Below are positions 50,350-64,000 of a stretch of DNA of 64,000 bases, piece by piece. The stretch comes from an uncultured delta proteobacterium (lineage in GTDB: Bacteria > Myxococcota > Myxococcia > SLRQ01), in contig CAVSGM010000001.1 in NCBI GenBank assembly GCA_963727485.1, positions 160,001 through 224,000 on the forward strand. Reading direction: 5' to 3'. The position numbers and the translations under genes are program-made. Position 1 is the first letter of the stretch, and each line of letters begins with the position of its first letter. The notes below the pieces were generated by a model. That model saw only the letters and a list, made by a program, of their open reading frames with translations, was not told the origin of the DNA and did no database searches.

Positions 50350-52618
50350 ATGGGCGCATCGTTCCTGGAAGATCTGAACCCCGAGCAGCGGGAGGCGGCG
50401 GCCCACGTCGAGGGGCCCCTGCTCATCCTCGCCGGGGCGGGATCGGGCAAGACGCGCGTCATCACCCACCGGATCGCGCACCTCGTGCGGACGGAGGGCG
50501 TCGCCCCTGGGGAGATTCTCGCCGTCACCTTCACCAACAAGGCGGCCGGCGAGATGCGCCGGCGCATCGGCGATCTCCTGGGGTGGGCGGCGGCGTCGGC
50601 GGTGTGGGCGAGCACCTTCCACAGCGCCGGGGTGCGCATCCTCCGCCGGGACGGGCACCACCTGGGCCTGCCCCCCAACCTGGTGGTCTACGACGACGCC
50701 GACCAGCGCGCCCTGGTCCGCCGCATCACCCGGCAGCTCGGCCTCGACCCCGCGATGTACCCCGACCGCCAGCTCCTCTCGCGCATCGACAAGGTCAAGA
50801 GCGCCGGCGGGGGCCCGGGCGACCTGGAGGTCTCCCTCTTCGACCCGGTGGGGGAGAAGGCGCGGGTGGTCTTCGAGCACTACCAGAAGGCCCTGCGGGC
50901 GGCGGGGGCGGTGGACTTCGGCGACCTGCTGGTGGAGTCGGTGCGCCTGCTCGAGACCGTGGACAGCGTGCGCGAGCGGCTACCAGCGCGAGCTGCGCTT
51001 CGTCATGGTCGACGAGTTCCAGGACACCAGCCCGGTGCAGTACGCCCTCATCCGGCTCCTCGCCGGGCCCCGCAAGAACCTGGTGGTGGTCGGCGACGAC
51101 GACCAGGCCATCTACCGCTGGCGCGGCGCCGACATCCGCAACATCCTCTCCTTCGAGCGCGACCATCCCGACGCCAAGGTGGTGCGCCTCGAGCGCAACT
51201 ACCGCTCCACCCAGGTCATCCTCGACGCCGCCCACGCGGTCATCGAGCGCAACCGCGAGCGCAAGGACAAGCGCCTGTGGACCGACCGGGACGGGGGCGA
51301 GCTCATCCAGGTGCTCCAGGTCTCCGACGAGCAGGACGAGGCGCGCCTGGTCGCCGCGCGCCTCGATGACCTCGCAGGGCGCCACCCCAGGCGCGAGCTC
51401 GCGGTCTTCTACCGGGTCAACGCCCAGAGCCGGGTCCTCGAGGACGCCCTGCGCGCCGCGCGCATCCCCTACCACGTGGTCCGCGGGCGCTCGTTCTACG
51501 ACCGCGCCGAGATCAAGGACCTCACCAGCTACCTGCGCCTCTCGGTGAACCCCCGCTCCGACGCCGACGTCCTCCGGGTGATCAACACCCCCCGTCGGGG
51601 CCTGGGCAAGAAGACCGTCGAGCGCCTCCAGTCGGCGGCGCTGGCGGCGGGGACCAGCCTCTTCGAGGTCCTTCAGACCGGCCTCGACCTCCCGGAGGTG
51701 AGCGCCGCGGCCCTGAAGAAGCTCCACCGGTTCCGGGACCTGGTCGCCGGGCTCCACGCCCAGGTGGTGGCCGACCGGCCACCCCAGGACGTGGTCGAGG
51801 CGGCGATCACCGAGTCGGGCTACGCCCGGGCCCTCACCGACGAGGGCACCGAGGAGGCCGCCGAGCGCCTGGAGAACCTCCAGGAGATGATCAACGCCGC
51901 CGCCGCCCGCGCCGACGAGGGCAAGAGCCTCATGGACTTCCTCGACGAGATGGCGCTCACCGGCGACGCCGACGACGCCACCGACGACGGGGACGCGGTG
52001 AGCCTGATGACCCTGCACGCCGCCAAGGGCCTGGAGTTCGACGGGGTGGTCATCGTGGGGATGGAGGAGCGCACCTTCCCCCACGGCCGCGCCTTCCAGG
52101 GCTTCGACGGCTTCGAGGAGGACGAGGCGCAGATGGCCGAGGAGCGGCGCCTCTGCTACGTGGGCTTCACCCGGGCGCGCCGGGAGCTGCTGCTCACCTG
52201 CGCCCGGACCCGGTTCCTCCACGGGCAGCGCCAGGTGCGGAGCCCCTCACGCTTCCTCGGCGAGATCCCCCCGGAGCTGGTGGCGGGGGTGCCGGTGGCG
52301 CCGTCCTGGGGCACGGCCCAGGGTTTCGGGACCCAGGGGGGCTTCGGCGCCACCGGCCGCGGCGACCTCGACGACGACCTCGCCGACGAGCCCGAGCTCG
52401 GGGAGGAGGACGGGATCGTGGTCGACTACGCCTTCGACCAGCGGCCGGCCGGGGAGGGCGGCGGCGTGGCCGCCCGGGGCCGACGGGTGCGCCACCGGAC
52501 CTTCGGCACCGGGGAGATCCGCTCGGTCGATGGGCGTGGCCCCCAGGCCCGGTTGCTGGTCCACTTCGAGGGGGTGGGCACCAAGAAGATCCTGGCTCGG
52601 TACGTAGAGCTGATTTGA
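50350..52618 (+). CDS. pcrA: ATP-dependent DNA helicase PcrA/UvrD (apparent frameshift ~50980)
   Basis: LNPEQ, AGAGSGKT, TFTNKAA, VDEFQD, VGDDDQAIY, NYRST, TLHAAKGLEF, EERRLCYVGFTRA, C-terminal Tudor-like VRHRTFGTG. Confidence 0.93.
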
Positions 52619-52662
52619 GCCGAGCTGTGTGTTAACGTCCCAACTTTACGGGGCATTTGTCG

Positions 52663-53935
52663 ATGCGGGTAGGCTGTCCACAGTGTGGTACCCAGTATGA
52701 GCTGCCGGCGACCCAGCTTCGGCCGGGCCTGAAGGTGAAGTGTCGGCGGTGCAGCCTGGTGTTTGCGCCGACGCCGGCGGCGCCTGGGGCCCCGGAGGCG
52801 CCGAAGCCCGCGGCGGCCGGTGTGCCGAAGCCCGCGGCGCCGTCGGCGCGCCCTGCGCCGGCGACGGGCCTCTCGGATCTCGACAATCTCCCGGAGGATC
52901 CCTACGCCGGCCTCGGCGCGGCGACCGGCGCGTCCCCCTCCCCGCGGGCCCCGGCCCCTGCGTCCCCGGCGCCGCAGCGCTCCGCCGCTCCGTCCTCCCC
53001 GGCCCCGGACGCCGGTGGTCTCGGGGGCCAGCTCTTCGGCGATCTCGGGCGCCGCCTCCACCGAGGCCGGCGACGATCCCTTCGCCGGCATCGACGTCGA
53101 CGTGTCCGTGGAGACCGCCCGCCCGGGCGGGGTCCGGGCCGAGGGGATGTCGACCATCCGCGCCCAGCAGAACCCGGCGTCCGCGGCCCCGTCGACGCCC
53201 GCGGCCGAGGGCCCCGCGGGCACCGGCTGGCTCCTGCGCACCGGAGAGGGCGCCGTCCTCCGCCTCGACGACCTGGAGCGGGTGCGTGCCTGGATCGGCG
53301 CCCACCCCGACACCCCGGTCGAGCTCTCCAGCGACGGCAACCACTGGCGGGCCCCGGAGGCGATCCTGGGCATCGCCGCCGAGCCGCGGCCGGCCAGCGT
53401 CCCCCGGGGCACGCCGCTGGGGGGGACGCCGCTCGGGGGCACCCCCGTCACCTCCGGGCCCAGCTCCGCCCTGCGCGCCGGCGCCTCGGCGCCTCGGGAT
53501 CCCGATCGCGCCGGGCCGGTGTGGGCCCTGGTGATGCTCGTCTCCACCGCCGTCGCCGTCGCCGCCGGCGGCGTCGCCGCCCAGGCCCTGCACCTGGTCG
53601 ATGTCTCGGGTACCGTGCCGCTCGGTCGCCTGGGCCTCGCGCGCTTGGTCCCCGTCGAGCCCCCGCCCCCCACGGTGGCCGCCGCCGAGGCGCCGACCCC
53701 GGCGAAGGCCTACGCCTCGGCCCTGCGCGACGCCCGCGCCGCCCGCCAGGCCGGGCACCTGGTCGACGCCGTCGTCGCCTACCGCCGGGCCCTCGCCGCC
53801 CGCACCAGCTCCGAGGCCCTCGAAGGCCTCGCCGACACCTACGCCCTCCTCGGCGACGCCCCGCGCGCCGAGGCCGCCCGCCGGCGCCTCTCGACCCTCG
53901 ACGGGCACGCCGGCAAGAAGGCCGGGGGCCCCTAG
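52663..53935 (+). CDS. MJ0042-type zinc-ribbon membrane protein with C-terminal TPR (apparent frameshift ~53047)
   Basis: CPQC...VKCRRC...F; W-rich domain (VRAWI...ELSSDGNHW), TM helix, TPR-like helix pair. Confidence 0.75.
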
Positions 53936-53941
53936 GAGATC

Positions 53942-56152
53942 ATGGACGTCCGCTGCGACCAGTGTGGAACCGAGTACGAGTTCGAGGACGATCGGGTGAC
54001 CGAGCAGGGGGTCACCGTGCGCTGCACCGAGTGCAGCCACGTGTTCAAGGTCCGCCGGCGCACCGTCGCCGTCACCGAGCCGGTCTCCGCGGCCCCGGCC
54101 GGCCCCGGGGGGGACGGCGGCGGTGAGAAGGCGTGGATGGTCCGGCGCGAGAACGGCGACGTCTACACCTTCCGGGAGCTGACCACCCTCCAGAAGTGGA
54201 TCGTGGAGCGGAAGGTCACCCGCGCCGACGAGATCAGCCGCTCCGGCGAGACCTGGAAGCGCCTGGGGAACATCGCCGAGCTCGCCACCTTCTTCCAGGT
54301 GGTCGAGCAGGCGGACCGGGCGGCGGCGGTGGCAGTCAACAGCCCGGCGACCGCCGGCGAGGCGGCCACCGCCGTGCCCCTCACCGCTCCCACGTCCCCC
54401 GGGATGGCGGCCCCGGTGGCCCCGGTGGCCGCGCCCCAGGCGCCGGCGCCCGCCCCCTCGGCGGCCGCTCCGCCTCCCGCCGCCCCGGCGCCCCAGGTTC
54501 CGCCGGCGCCGACCGCTCCGTCCCCCCAGGCTCCGGCGGCCGCGCCCCCCCCGGCGCCCCCCGCCGCCGCGCCCCCCCCCGCGCCCCCCGCCGCCGCGGC
54601 GGTCGACGCCTACGTGCCTCCGCCGCCGACCCGCGGCCCGGCCCCCGGGGGCGACCTCGGGGGCCTCTCGCCGGCGAGCGAGCGGAGCTGGCGGCCCCCG
54701 CCCGACGACCTCGTCGGCGACCTCGACGACGACGACTTCGCCGAGTTCCGCAAGGGCGGGAAGGGCAAGTGGGTCTTCCTGGTGCTCCTGCTCCTCGTCG
54801 CCGGCGGGGCCGGCGGCTTCTACTACCTGCGCCCGGCGCAGTTCAAGGCGCTGCTCCACCTGACCCCGGCGATCCCCGCCACCGCCCGGGCCAAGGTCGA
54901 GGCCGGCCGCAAGGCCCTCGTGCCCGACACCCTCGCCGCCTACCAGGCCGCCGAGGGCGACTTCCAGGCGGCGGCCGGCCTCGCCGGCAACACCCCCTAC
55001 CCGGCGGCGGAGGCCGGCCTCGCCGAGACCGATGTGCGCTGGGCCCTGGCGCTCCGGGCCGAGGCGGATGCCGCCGCCACCGAGGCCAAGGCCGAGGGCA
55101 AGGGCCTCGACGCCCAGCCGTCGGACGACGCCGCGGCCAAGGCCCAGGCGAAGACCCACGACGCCGTCGCCGCCCTCGCCAACAAGGCCAACGACCTCGA
55201 CCAGAAGGCCGCCGACAAGCTCGACGCCGCCTTCGCCGCCGCCCGCAAGGCCATGGACACCGCGCCCGAGGCCCTGCCCTCGCTCCGGGCGATGATCGCC
55301 TACTACGCCGCCGAGGCCAGCCAGGCCCAGCTCGACACCCTCCTCGACAAGGCGGCCCGCGTGCAGGGCAGCGAGCGCGACGCCGACCTCGCCTACCTCC
55401 GGGGCCTCGCCCTCGGGGTCGAGGGGGCCCCGCCGGCGAAGGTGGAGCAGGCGCTCGAGCAGGCCCTGTCCCTGGACCCGCACCTGGTCGCCGCCCGCTA
55501 CGCCCTGGCCCGGACCTACGCCGACGCCAAGGACGCCGACGCCGCCACCACCCAGCTCAAGCAGCTCCTCGCCGAGAGCCCGGACCACGCGCGCGCCAAG
55601 GCCCTCCTCGCCCACCTCGCCGCCGCCCCGGCCCCCAAGCCGGCCGAGGCCAAGGCCAAGGAGGCGCCCTCGGAGGCCAAGGCCCAGGCCGCCCCCGCCG
55701 AGACCGCGCCCGCCAACGCCGCGCCCAAGGTCGCCGCCGCGGCCAAGACCAAGGCCAAGGCGCCCAAGGCCGCGCCCAAGCCCGCCGCCCACAAGCCGCT
55801 GGGCTACGACGCCCTCCTCGCCGCCGCCTACCGCCTGCGCAACGACGGCAAGATCCAGCAGGCCCTCGACCTCTACGGCCGGGCCCGGGACCTCAAGCCC
55901 GACCGGGCCGAGCCCTACGCCGGCCAGGGGTGGTGCTACATGGAGATGCACGCACCGGGGCCGGCCATCGCCTCCTTCCAGGACGCCCTCAAGCGCAACC
56001 CCGAGTACGGCGACGCCATCATGGGGATCGCCGAGGCGCACAAGGCCCAGGGCGACAACAAGGCGGCGAAGAAGTACTACAAGCGCTACCTCAATCTCCT
56101 CCCCAACGGCCCCGACGCCAACGTGGCGAGGACCAACCTCAACGCCCTCTAG
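53942..56152 (+). CDS. MJ0042-type zinc-ribbon membrane protein with GYF-like domain and TPRs
   Basis: CDQC...VRCTECSHVF; LQKWIVE...DEISRSGETW; Pro/Ala linker; TM; C-terminal TPRs ending YKRYLNLLPNG. Confidence 0.85.
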   Translation: MDVRCDQCGTEYEFEDDRVTEQGVTVRCTECSHVFKVRRRTVAVTEPVSAAPAGPGGDGGGEKAWMVRRENGDVYTFRELTTLQKWIVERKVTRADEISRSGETWKRLGNIAELATFFQVVEQADRAAAVAVNSPATAGEAATAVPLTAPTSPGMAAPVAPVAAPQAPAPAPSAAAPPPAAPAPQVPPAPTAPSPQAPAAAPPPAPPAAAPPPAPPAAAAVDAYVPPPPTRGPAPGGDLGGLSPASERSWRPPPDDLVGDLDDDDFAEFRKGGKGKWVFLVLLLLVAGGAGGFYYLRPAQFKALLHLTPAIPATARAKVEAGRKALVPDTLAAYQAAEGDFQAAAGLAGNTPYPAAEAGLAETDVRWALALRAEADAAATEAKAEGKGLDAQPSDDAAAKAQAKTHDAVAALANKANDLDQKAADKLDAAFAAARKAMDTAPEALPSLRAMIAYYAAEASQAQLDTLLDKAARVQGSERDADLAYLRGLALGVEGAPPAKVEQALEQALSLDPHLVAARYALARTYADAKDADAATTQLKQLLAESPDHARAKALLAHLAAAPAPKPAEAKAKEAPSEAKAQAAPAETAPANAAPKVAAAAKTKAKAPKAAPKPAAHKPLGYDALLAAAYRLRNDGKIQQALDLYGRARDLKPDRAEPYAGQGWCYMEMHAPGPAIASFQDALKRNPEYGDAIMGIAEAHKAQGDNKAAKKYYKRYLNLLPNGPDANVARTNLNAL

Positions 56153-56168
56153 TCTCCAGGAGATTCCC

Positions 56169-56483
56169 ATGTCGGACAGCGGCAAGCCCAGCACGCAGGA
56201 AGACGAGTACTTCGCCAAGGAGCAGGCGGAGAAGCTTCGCAAGCTGGCCCTGGAGCGCCATCGCAAGCTCGAGGCGGCCGAGCGGGAGGCCCAGAAGCAG
56301 GCCCACTACATGCGCTGCCCCAAGTGCGGGGACGAGCTTCACACCATCCACTTCCGGGAGATCGACGTGGACCGCTGCTTCAACTGCGGCGGCACCTGGC
56401 TCGATCAGGGGGAGCTGGAGAAGGTGGTGGCCAAGGAGGGCGGCGCGGTGACCGAGGCCATCCTCAACTGGTTCCGCGCCTGA
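56169..56483 (+). CDS. zf-TFIIB-type zinc-ribbon protein
   Basis: EDEYF N-terminus, MRCPKCG...VDRCFNCGGTWLDQGEL; AGGAG RBS. Confidence 0.88.
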   Translation: MSDSGKPSTQEDEYFAKEQAEKLRKLALERHRKLEAAEREAQKQAHYMRCPKCGDELHTIHFREIDVDRCFNCGGTWLDQGELEKVVAKEGGAVTEAILNWFRA

Positions 56484-57386
56484 TCAGGCGCGGGTGAAGT
56501 CCGCCGGGGTCGGCGCCTCGATCACCAGGCGCACCCCGGTGACCGGGTGGCGCAGGGCGAGGCGGGACGCGTGGAGCATCAGCCGGGGGGCGGCCGGCCC
56601 GCCGTAGAGGGGGTCGCCGACCACCGGGTGCCCCAGCCAGGCCAGGTGCGCCCGGGCCTGGTGGGTGACCCCGGTGACGAGCTCGATCGCCACCAGGGTG
56701 TCCTCGCCCACCGTCTCCAGGGCCCGCCACCGGGTGAGGGCGGGCCAGGCGTGGCGCACCCCCACCGTGCCCTCGGGGGCCGGGATCATCCGCCGCTTGT
56801 GCCGGGCGCGGCCCAGCGGCACCTCCATCGTGCCCTCGCCCTCGAGGCGTCCGGCGACCAGCGCCAGGTAGTCCTTGTCCACCTGGCGGGTCTCGAAGGC
56901 GTCGCGGACCGCCGCGAAGGCCTCGGCGGTCCGGGCGAAGAGGAGCACCCCGGAGGTGGGGACGTCGAGGCGGTGGCAGAGCCCCGGGGCCAGCGGCAGG
57001 TCCCCGACCGGGGCGAGGTCGGGGAAGCGGGCGAGGACCGCCCCGGCGACGCTCCCGGGCTCGTCCGGGGCCAGGGGGTAGGCGGGGACGCCCGCGGGCT
57101 TGTCGACGGCGATGAGGGCGTCGTCGGCGTGGAGGATCGACAGGGCGAGGTCCGGGGCCGGGGCGGCGCCGGCGGCGTCCTCGAGGCCCAGGAGGACGAC
57201 CTCGGCCCCGGGCCGCGCCAGGTCGGCGCCCCTCACCCGCCGGCCGTCGAGGCGCACCCGCCCGGCGTGGAAGGCGGCCTTGAGGCGCCGGCGGCTCACC
57301 CCCGGGAGCAGGCCCGAGAGGGTGGTGTCGAGGCGCCCGTGGGCGTCCTCGGGGAGGGTCAGGGTGCGGGGGCCGTCGTCGCTCAC
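56484..57386 (-). CDS. RluA/RluD-family pseudouridine synthase with S4 domain
   Basis: GRLD S4-like N-terminus, VDKPAG, HRLDVPTSG, TGVTHQARAH, GHPVVGDPLYG, LHA. Confidence 0.9.
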   Translation of the reverse strand: MSDDGPRTLTLPEDAHGRLDTTLSGLLPGVSRRRLKAAFHAGRVRLDGRRVRGADLARPGAEVVLLGLEDAAGAAPAPDLALSILHADDALIAVDKPAGVPAYPLAPDEPGSVAGAVLARFPDLAPVGDLPLAPGLCHRLDVPTSGVLLFARTAEAFAAVRDAFETRQVDKDYLALVAGRLEGEGTMEVPLGRARHKRRMIPAPEGTVGVRHAWPALTRWRALETVGEDTLVAIELVTGVTHQARAHLAWLGHPVVGDPLYGGPAAPRLMLHASRLALRHPVTGVRLVIEAPTPADFTRA

Positions 57387-58246
57387 CGGAAGATCGACCT
57401 CCGCCGGGCGAGGCCTTCCCGGAGCATGCCCTCGAGGGCGGCGGTGACCTGCCGGACCTTCGCCTCCACCTCGGCGTCCTCCTCGTCGGGGAGGCCGGTG
57501 AAGGTGAGGGGGGCGCCGAACTCGACGTGGTAGCGGGTGGGCAGGGGCAGGAGCCCGAGGGCGGGCACCAACAGCTGGGGCACCACCGGCAAGGCGGGCA
57601 TCCCCAGGCGGCGGCCCAGACCCTCGAGGTTGGCGAGGGACACGTACTGCTCCTCGGCGCCCACCACCGCCACCGGGACGATGGGGACCTTCGCCTCGAG
57701 AGCCAGGCGCATGAACCCCAGGCCGAAGCGCTGGAGCTGGTAGGCCTGGGTGATGGGCTTGTTAATCCCCCGCACCCCCTCGGGGAAGACCAGCACCGCC
57801 TCGCCCTGATCGAGGAGCCTCCTCGCGTTCTCCGGGGTGCCCACCAGCTGGCCGATCCGGGAGAAGAAGATGGAGACGTAGGGCAGGGTCGGGACCCAGA
57901 ACTCGGCCATCGCCCGCAGGTAGCGCGGGGGGTCGGCCTCGAGGAGGGCGGCGAGGCCAATCATCACCCCGTCGAGGGGGAGCTGCCCCGAGTGGTTGGC
58001 GATGACCAGGGAGGGCCCCTCCGGCAGGTGCTCGAGGCCCCGGGCCTCGACCCGGAAGTAGTGGCGGTAGAGCCAGAGGGCCGGGGCGATGGCCTCGTGG
58101 ACGAACTCGGGGTCGAAGCCCACCGCGTCGGTGCCCAGGTCCGAGCCCATCGGCGGGGTCACCTGCGCCAGCCGCGCCTGGAGGTCGTCGGGGCCGAGGC
58201 GATCGGCCCAGCGGCGCATGAAGCCTTTGAGGAATCCCAGGGCCAT
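57383..58246 (-). CDS. lysophospholipid/glycerolipid acyltransferase family protein
   Basis: NHSGQLPLD, VFPEG, GFMRLAL, PIVPV. Confidence 0.88.
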   Translation of the reverse strand: MALGFLKGFMRRWADRLGPDDLQARLAQVTPPMGSDLGTDAVGFDPEFVHEAIAPALWLYRHYFRVEARGLEHLPEGPSLVIANHSGQLPLDGVMIGLAALLEADPPRYLRAMAEFWVPTLPYVSIFFSRIGQLVGTPENARRLLDQGEAVLVFPEGVRGINKPITQAYQLQRFGLGFMRLALEAKVPIVPVAVVGAEEQYVSLANLEGLGRRLGMPALPVVPQLLVPALGLLPLPTRYHVEFGAPLTFTGLPDEEDAEVEAKVRQVTAALEGMLREGLARRRSIFR

Positions 58247-58304
58247 GGCAAAGGCATCGCACAGTCCGGCCCCGGTGCGAAGCGGTCGGCGCGCCCCGGC
58301 GCCG

Positions 58305-60219
<1,915 letters not shown>

Positions 60220-60239
<20 letters not shown>

Positions 60240-61161
60240 GGCCCACGGCAGTCGCCAGCAGTGCGGGATCTCCCGCGCCCCAGCCGAGCGTCTTGGAGAT
60301 GGACACCAGCGAGCGCCCCAGGGCCGCCGCGGAGGGGAAGCGCTCCTCGGGGTCCTTGGCCAGGGCCCGGCCGCAGAGCTCGTCGAAGACCGGGGGAAGA
60401 TCCCCGGCGTAGACCGAGGGCGGCGCCGGGGCGTGCTCCACCACCCGGCGGAGGGTCTCGAACTCGCTCTCGGCGAGGAAGAGGTCCCGGCCGGCGAGGA
60501 GCTCCCAGAGCACCACCCCCGCGGAGAAGAGGTCGGTGCGGGGATCGACGTGGGCGCCGCGGACCTGCTCGGGGGCCATGTACGCCGGGGTGCCCCGGAG
60601 GGCGCCCTCGACCCGCCGGGCGCCCATGCCCTCGCCCTCGGCGACCCCGAAGTCGGTGAGCTTCACCGTGCCGTCGCGGCCGAGGAGGAGGTTGCCCGGG
60701 TTCACGTCCCGGTGGACCAGGCGCACGTGCTTCTCCCCCAGGCGCGCCCGGTGGACGTAGTCCAGGGCCTTGAGCAGCCCCACCAGGATCGCCACCGCCG
60801 CCCGGGGTGGGAGGCGCAGGCGCTTGTGGGAGAGCCGGGTCATCACCGTGGCCAGGCTCCCCCCGTCGACGAGCTCCTGCACCATGTACCAGTCGAGGTC
60901 CCGCTTGAACGCCTTGAAGGTGCGCACCACGTGGGGGTGGCGCAGGCGCACGCAGAGCTTCGCCTCGTCGGTGAACAGGCGCACGAACTCGGCCTCGCTC
61001 CGGTAGCGGGGGAGCAGGCGCTTGACCACCACCCGGGCCTGGCCCTCGTGGGCGGCCGGGTCCCGGGCGGTGGCGAGGTAGACCTCGGCCATGCCTCCGA
61101 TGGCGAGGCGGTCCTCGAGGAGGTAGTCGCCGAGGTCGGTCTCGATCCCCGCCAGCGCCAT
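60220..61161 (-). CDS. Hanks-type Ser/Thr protein kinase (kinase domain only)
   Basis: GGMAEV, VVKR, HRDVNPGN, DFG, GTPAYMAPEQ, DLFSAG. Confidence 0.93.
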
Positions 61162-61186
61162 GGCCTCGACCGGGGACGCCGCCGCC

Positions 61187-62058
<872 letters not shown>

Positions 62059-62062
<4 letters not shown>

Positions 62063-64000
62063 GCTCTCCAGTCGCGCTGTCCTGTCCCCGGTGCCGGCAC
62101 CGTGAGGGTGAGGTGGCCGTATCGGGGCAGTCTCTCGATCTCCACCGCCTCCGATCGCAGGTGCACGGCCAGGCGCACGCGCTCACCGCCGGGCAGGCCC
62201 AAGCGCTCGAAGGGGACGGACACCTCGACTATATCACCGAAGCAGACCCGGCCGAGAGGTTCGCCCTCGTAGGTGGCGGTGGTCTCGGGCCCCCGGACCA
62301 GGGGGGCCTCCACGGTCCAGGTGCGCTCCCCGTGGGCGAGCTCCAGGCGCAGGGTGCCCAGGCCCTCGAGCCGGGCCCCCTCGGGGGTGGGGTCGAGGCG
62401 GAGGAAGAGCTCGGTGGGATCGATGCCGTAGTAGAGGGCGGCGACGCGGGCGCTCGCCTGGAACATGCTCCCGGCCCCGTGGCCCGGGCGGTAGACCCCG
62501 GCGCCGTACCAGTCGACGAAGGGAGCGGCGGTGCCGTCGATGACCGGGGTGACCATCCGGGTGGGCTCCCGGAGCGGCGAGGCGGCCAGCCCCCCGAGGG
62601 CGGCCTCGGAGATGGGGATCCGGAGGCGCTGGGGGGTCGCCTGGCCGGTGAGCTCGTAGACCTTGATGAGGTGGGCCCGGAAGAGCTCGTCGAAGACCTC
62701 GGGGTTCTCGGAGACGAAGTCCTCGCCGTACCACCAGAACCAGTCCGAGCCCTCGGCGGCGAGGAGGTGCTCCCGGGCCTCGGCGCGGTTCTGCTCGGCG
62801 AGGTCCGACGAGTGGGCGTCGAAGACGCTGCCGGCCTCGCAGAGGAGCTGCCAGGCGAGGTTGGTCTCCGGGTGGCCGATCCAGATGGCGTAGCTCGCCT
62901 GGATCCACGAGCCCGAGTGGAGGCGCCGGATGCGCCGGGCCGGGGGCGCGGCGGCCACCGCGTCGCCGAGGGTGGTGCTCTCGATGCGCACCCCGTCGAG
63001 GTTGCCCCGGGCCAGGGCCTGGTGGAGCTGGTCGAGGAACGCGCGGCCGCTGTCGGGGTAGCGCTCCCAGGGGTTCTCGCCGTCGAGGATCACCGGGACC
63101 AGGGGCGGCGGGTCGGCGGGGACCTCCCGGGCGATGGCGGTGACCCGGCGCAAGAAGTCGGTGACCGCCTCCTGTGCGGGGTTGGTGGCGTAGGAGAAGC
63201 CGATGAGGTCGGAGAGGGTGCGGTCCCGGAAGACCATGGCGATCTCCCGGTCCCCGGCGTCGACGGCCCAGGTCCGGTAGAGGTCGGCGCGGGTCGCCTC
63301 GCCGTCGAGCTCGCTCCTGAACAGGACGTCCTCGTCGGAGGCGCACCAGCGGACGCCGGCCTCGGCGAGGATCGCCACCGCCTCGGGGGAGACCGAGCCC
63401 TCGGCGGGCCACATCCCCGCGGGCCTGGCCCCGAATATCCGGGCGTGGGCCTCGAGGGCCTTGGCCACCTGGATCCGGGCGTCGCCGGGGCGGGCGGTGC
63501 GCGGGGGCAGGGCCGCGTCGGGGAGGGCCCGGCGGGCGGCGTCGGTGTCGCACACCAGCGGCAGGATGGGGTGGTAGTAGGGGGTGGTGGTCAGCTCCAC
63601 CTGGCCCCGGTCGGCGAGGCGCTTCCACCGGGGCAGGACCTCGGCGAGCACCCGGGCCTGGCACTGGAGGAGGACGTCCTTCTCCACCTCGGTGAACCCT
63701 CCGCCCTTGGTGAGGAGGTTCTTCACCACATCCTCGTCGGTGCGGGCGGCGAAGCCCATCCACGAGAGGTTGAAGAGCACCTGGAGGTCGCGGAAGTCCT
63801 GGGCGCTGAACTCCCGGACCACCCGCTCGAGGTCGAGGCTCTTGAGGTCCCGGCCCCGCTGGTGGAGCAGCTCCCAGTATCGGGGCAGGGGGCGGGCGCC
63901 GGCCTCCCAGTCGACGCGGAAGAAGCCCCGGAGGATCTCCACCTGCTCGGCGAGGGTGAGGTCCTCGGCCCGGCGCGCCGAGAGGTCGAGGAAGCGGTCG
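62059..64000 (-). CDS. glycoside hydrolase family 57 (5' end outside window)
   Basis: PYYHPILPL, GMWPAEGSVS, ILDGENPWE, GSWI, AEGSDWFWW; reading frame open to the window edge. Confidence 0.9.

Noticed and set aside
53405..54600. Short repeats (GTPLG; Pro/Ala runs) as CRISPR or other repeat arrays
   Set aside because: In-frame low-complexity coding linkers with no spacer structure and no cas genes

Overview
Very GC-rich bacterial chromosomal segment, most consistent with Myxococcota: it has a Myxococcus-type LexA box at recA, zinc-ribbon/TPR proteins, an FHA-GGDEF gene next to a Ser/Thr kinase, and many lipoproteins. It holds about 53 CDS, one tRNA-Pro(CGG), and no recognisable mobile element or CRISPR array. 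Core genes (recA, argC, fmt, rsmB, rpe, plsY, ftsK, prmA, bioF, bioA, pcrA/uvrD, a RapA-like SNF2 ATPase) are interleaved with accessory surface-protein genes. The most notable accessory block is 47.1-50.3 kb. It encodes a lipoprotein with two Ig-like domains and 10 CxxCH motifs arranged as a tandem duplication of a pentaheme module, preceded by a sigma54-type promoter. Behind it, a second sigma54-type promoter points into an ORF-free, about 150-nt rod-shaped hairpin that is a candidate new sRNA. About 13 apparent single-site frameshifts interrupt otherwise intact genes, including essential ones. Eight lie at or next to GATC, which suggests long-read base-calling errors at modified GATC sites rather than pseudogenes. 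Several genes have sigma70-like promoters whose -10 box lies only 6-8 nt before the start codon, suggesting frequent leaderless mRNAs. All calls come from reading motifs by eye; no database searches were run.
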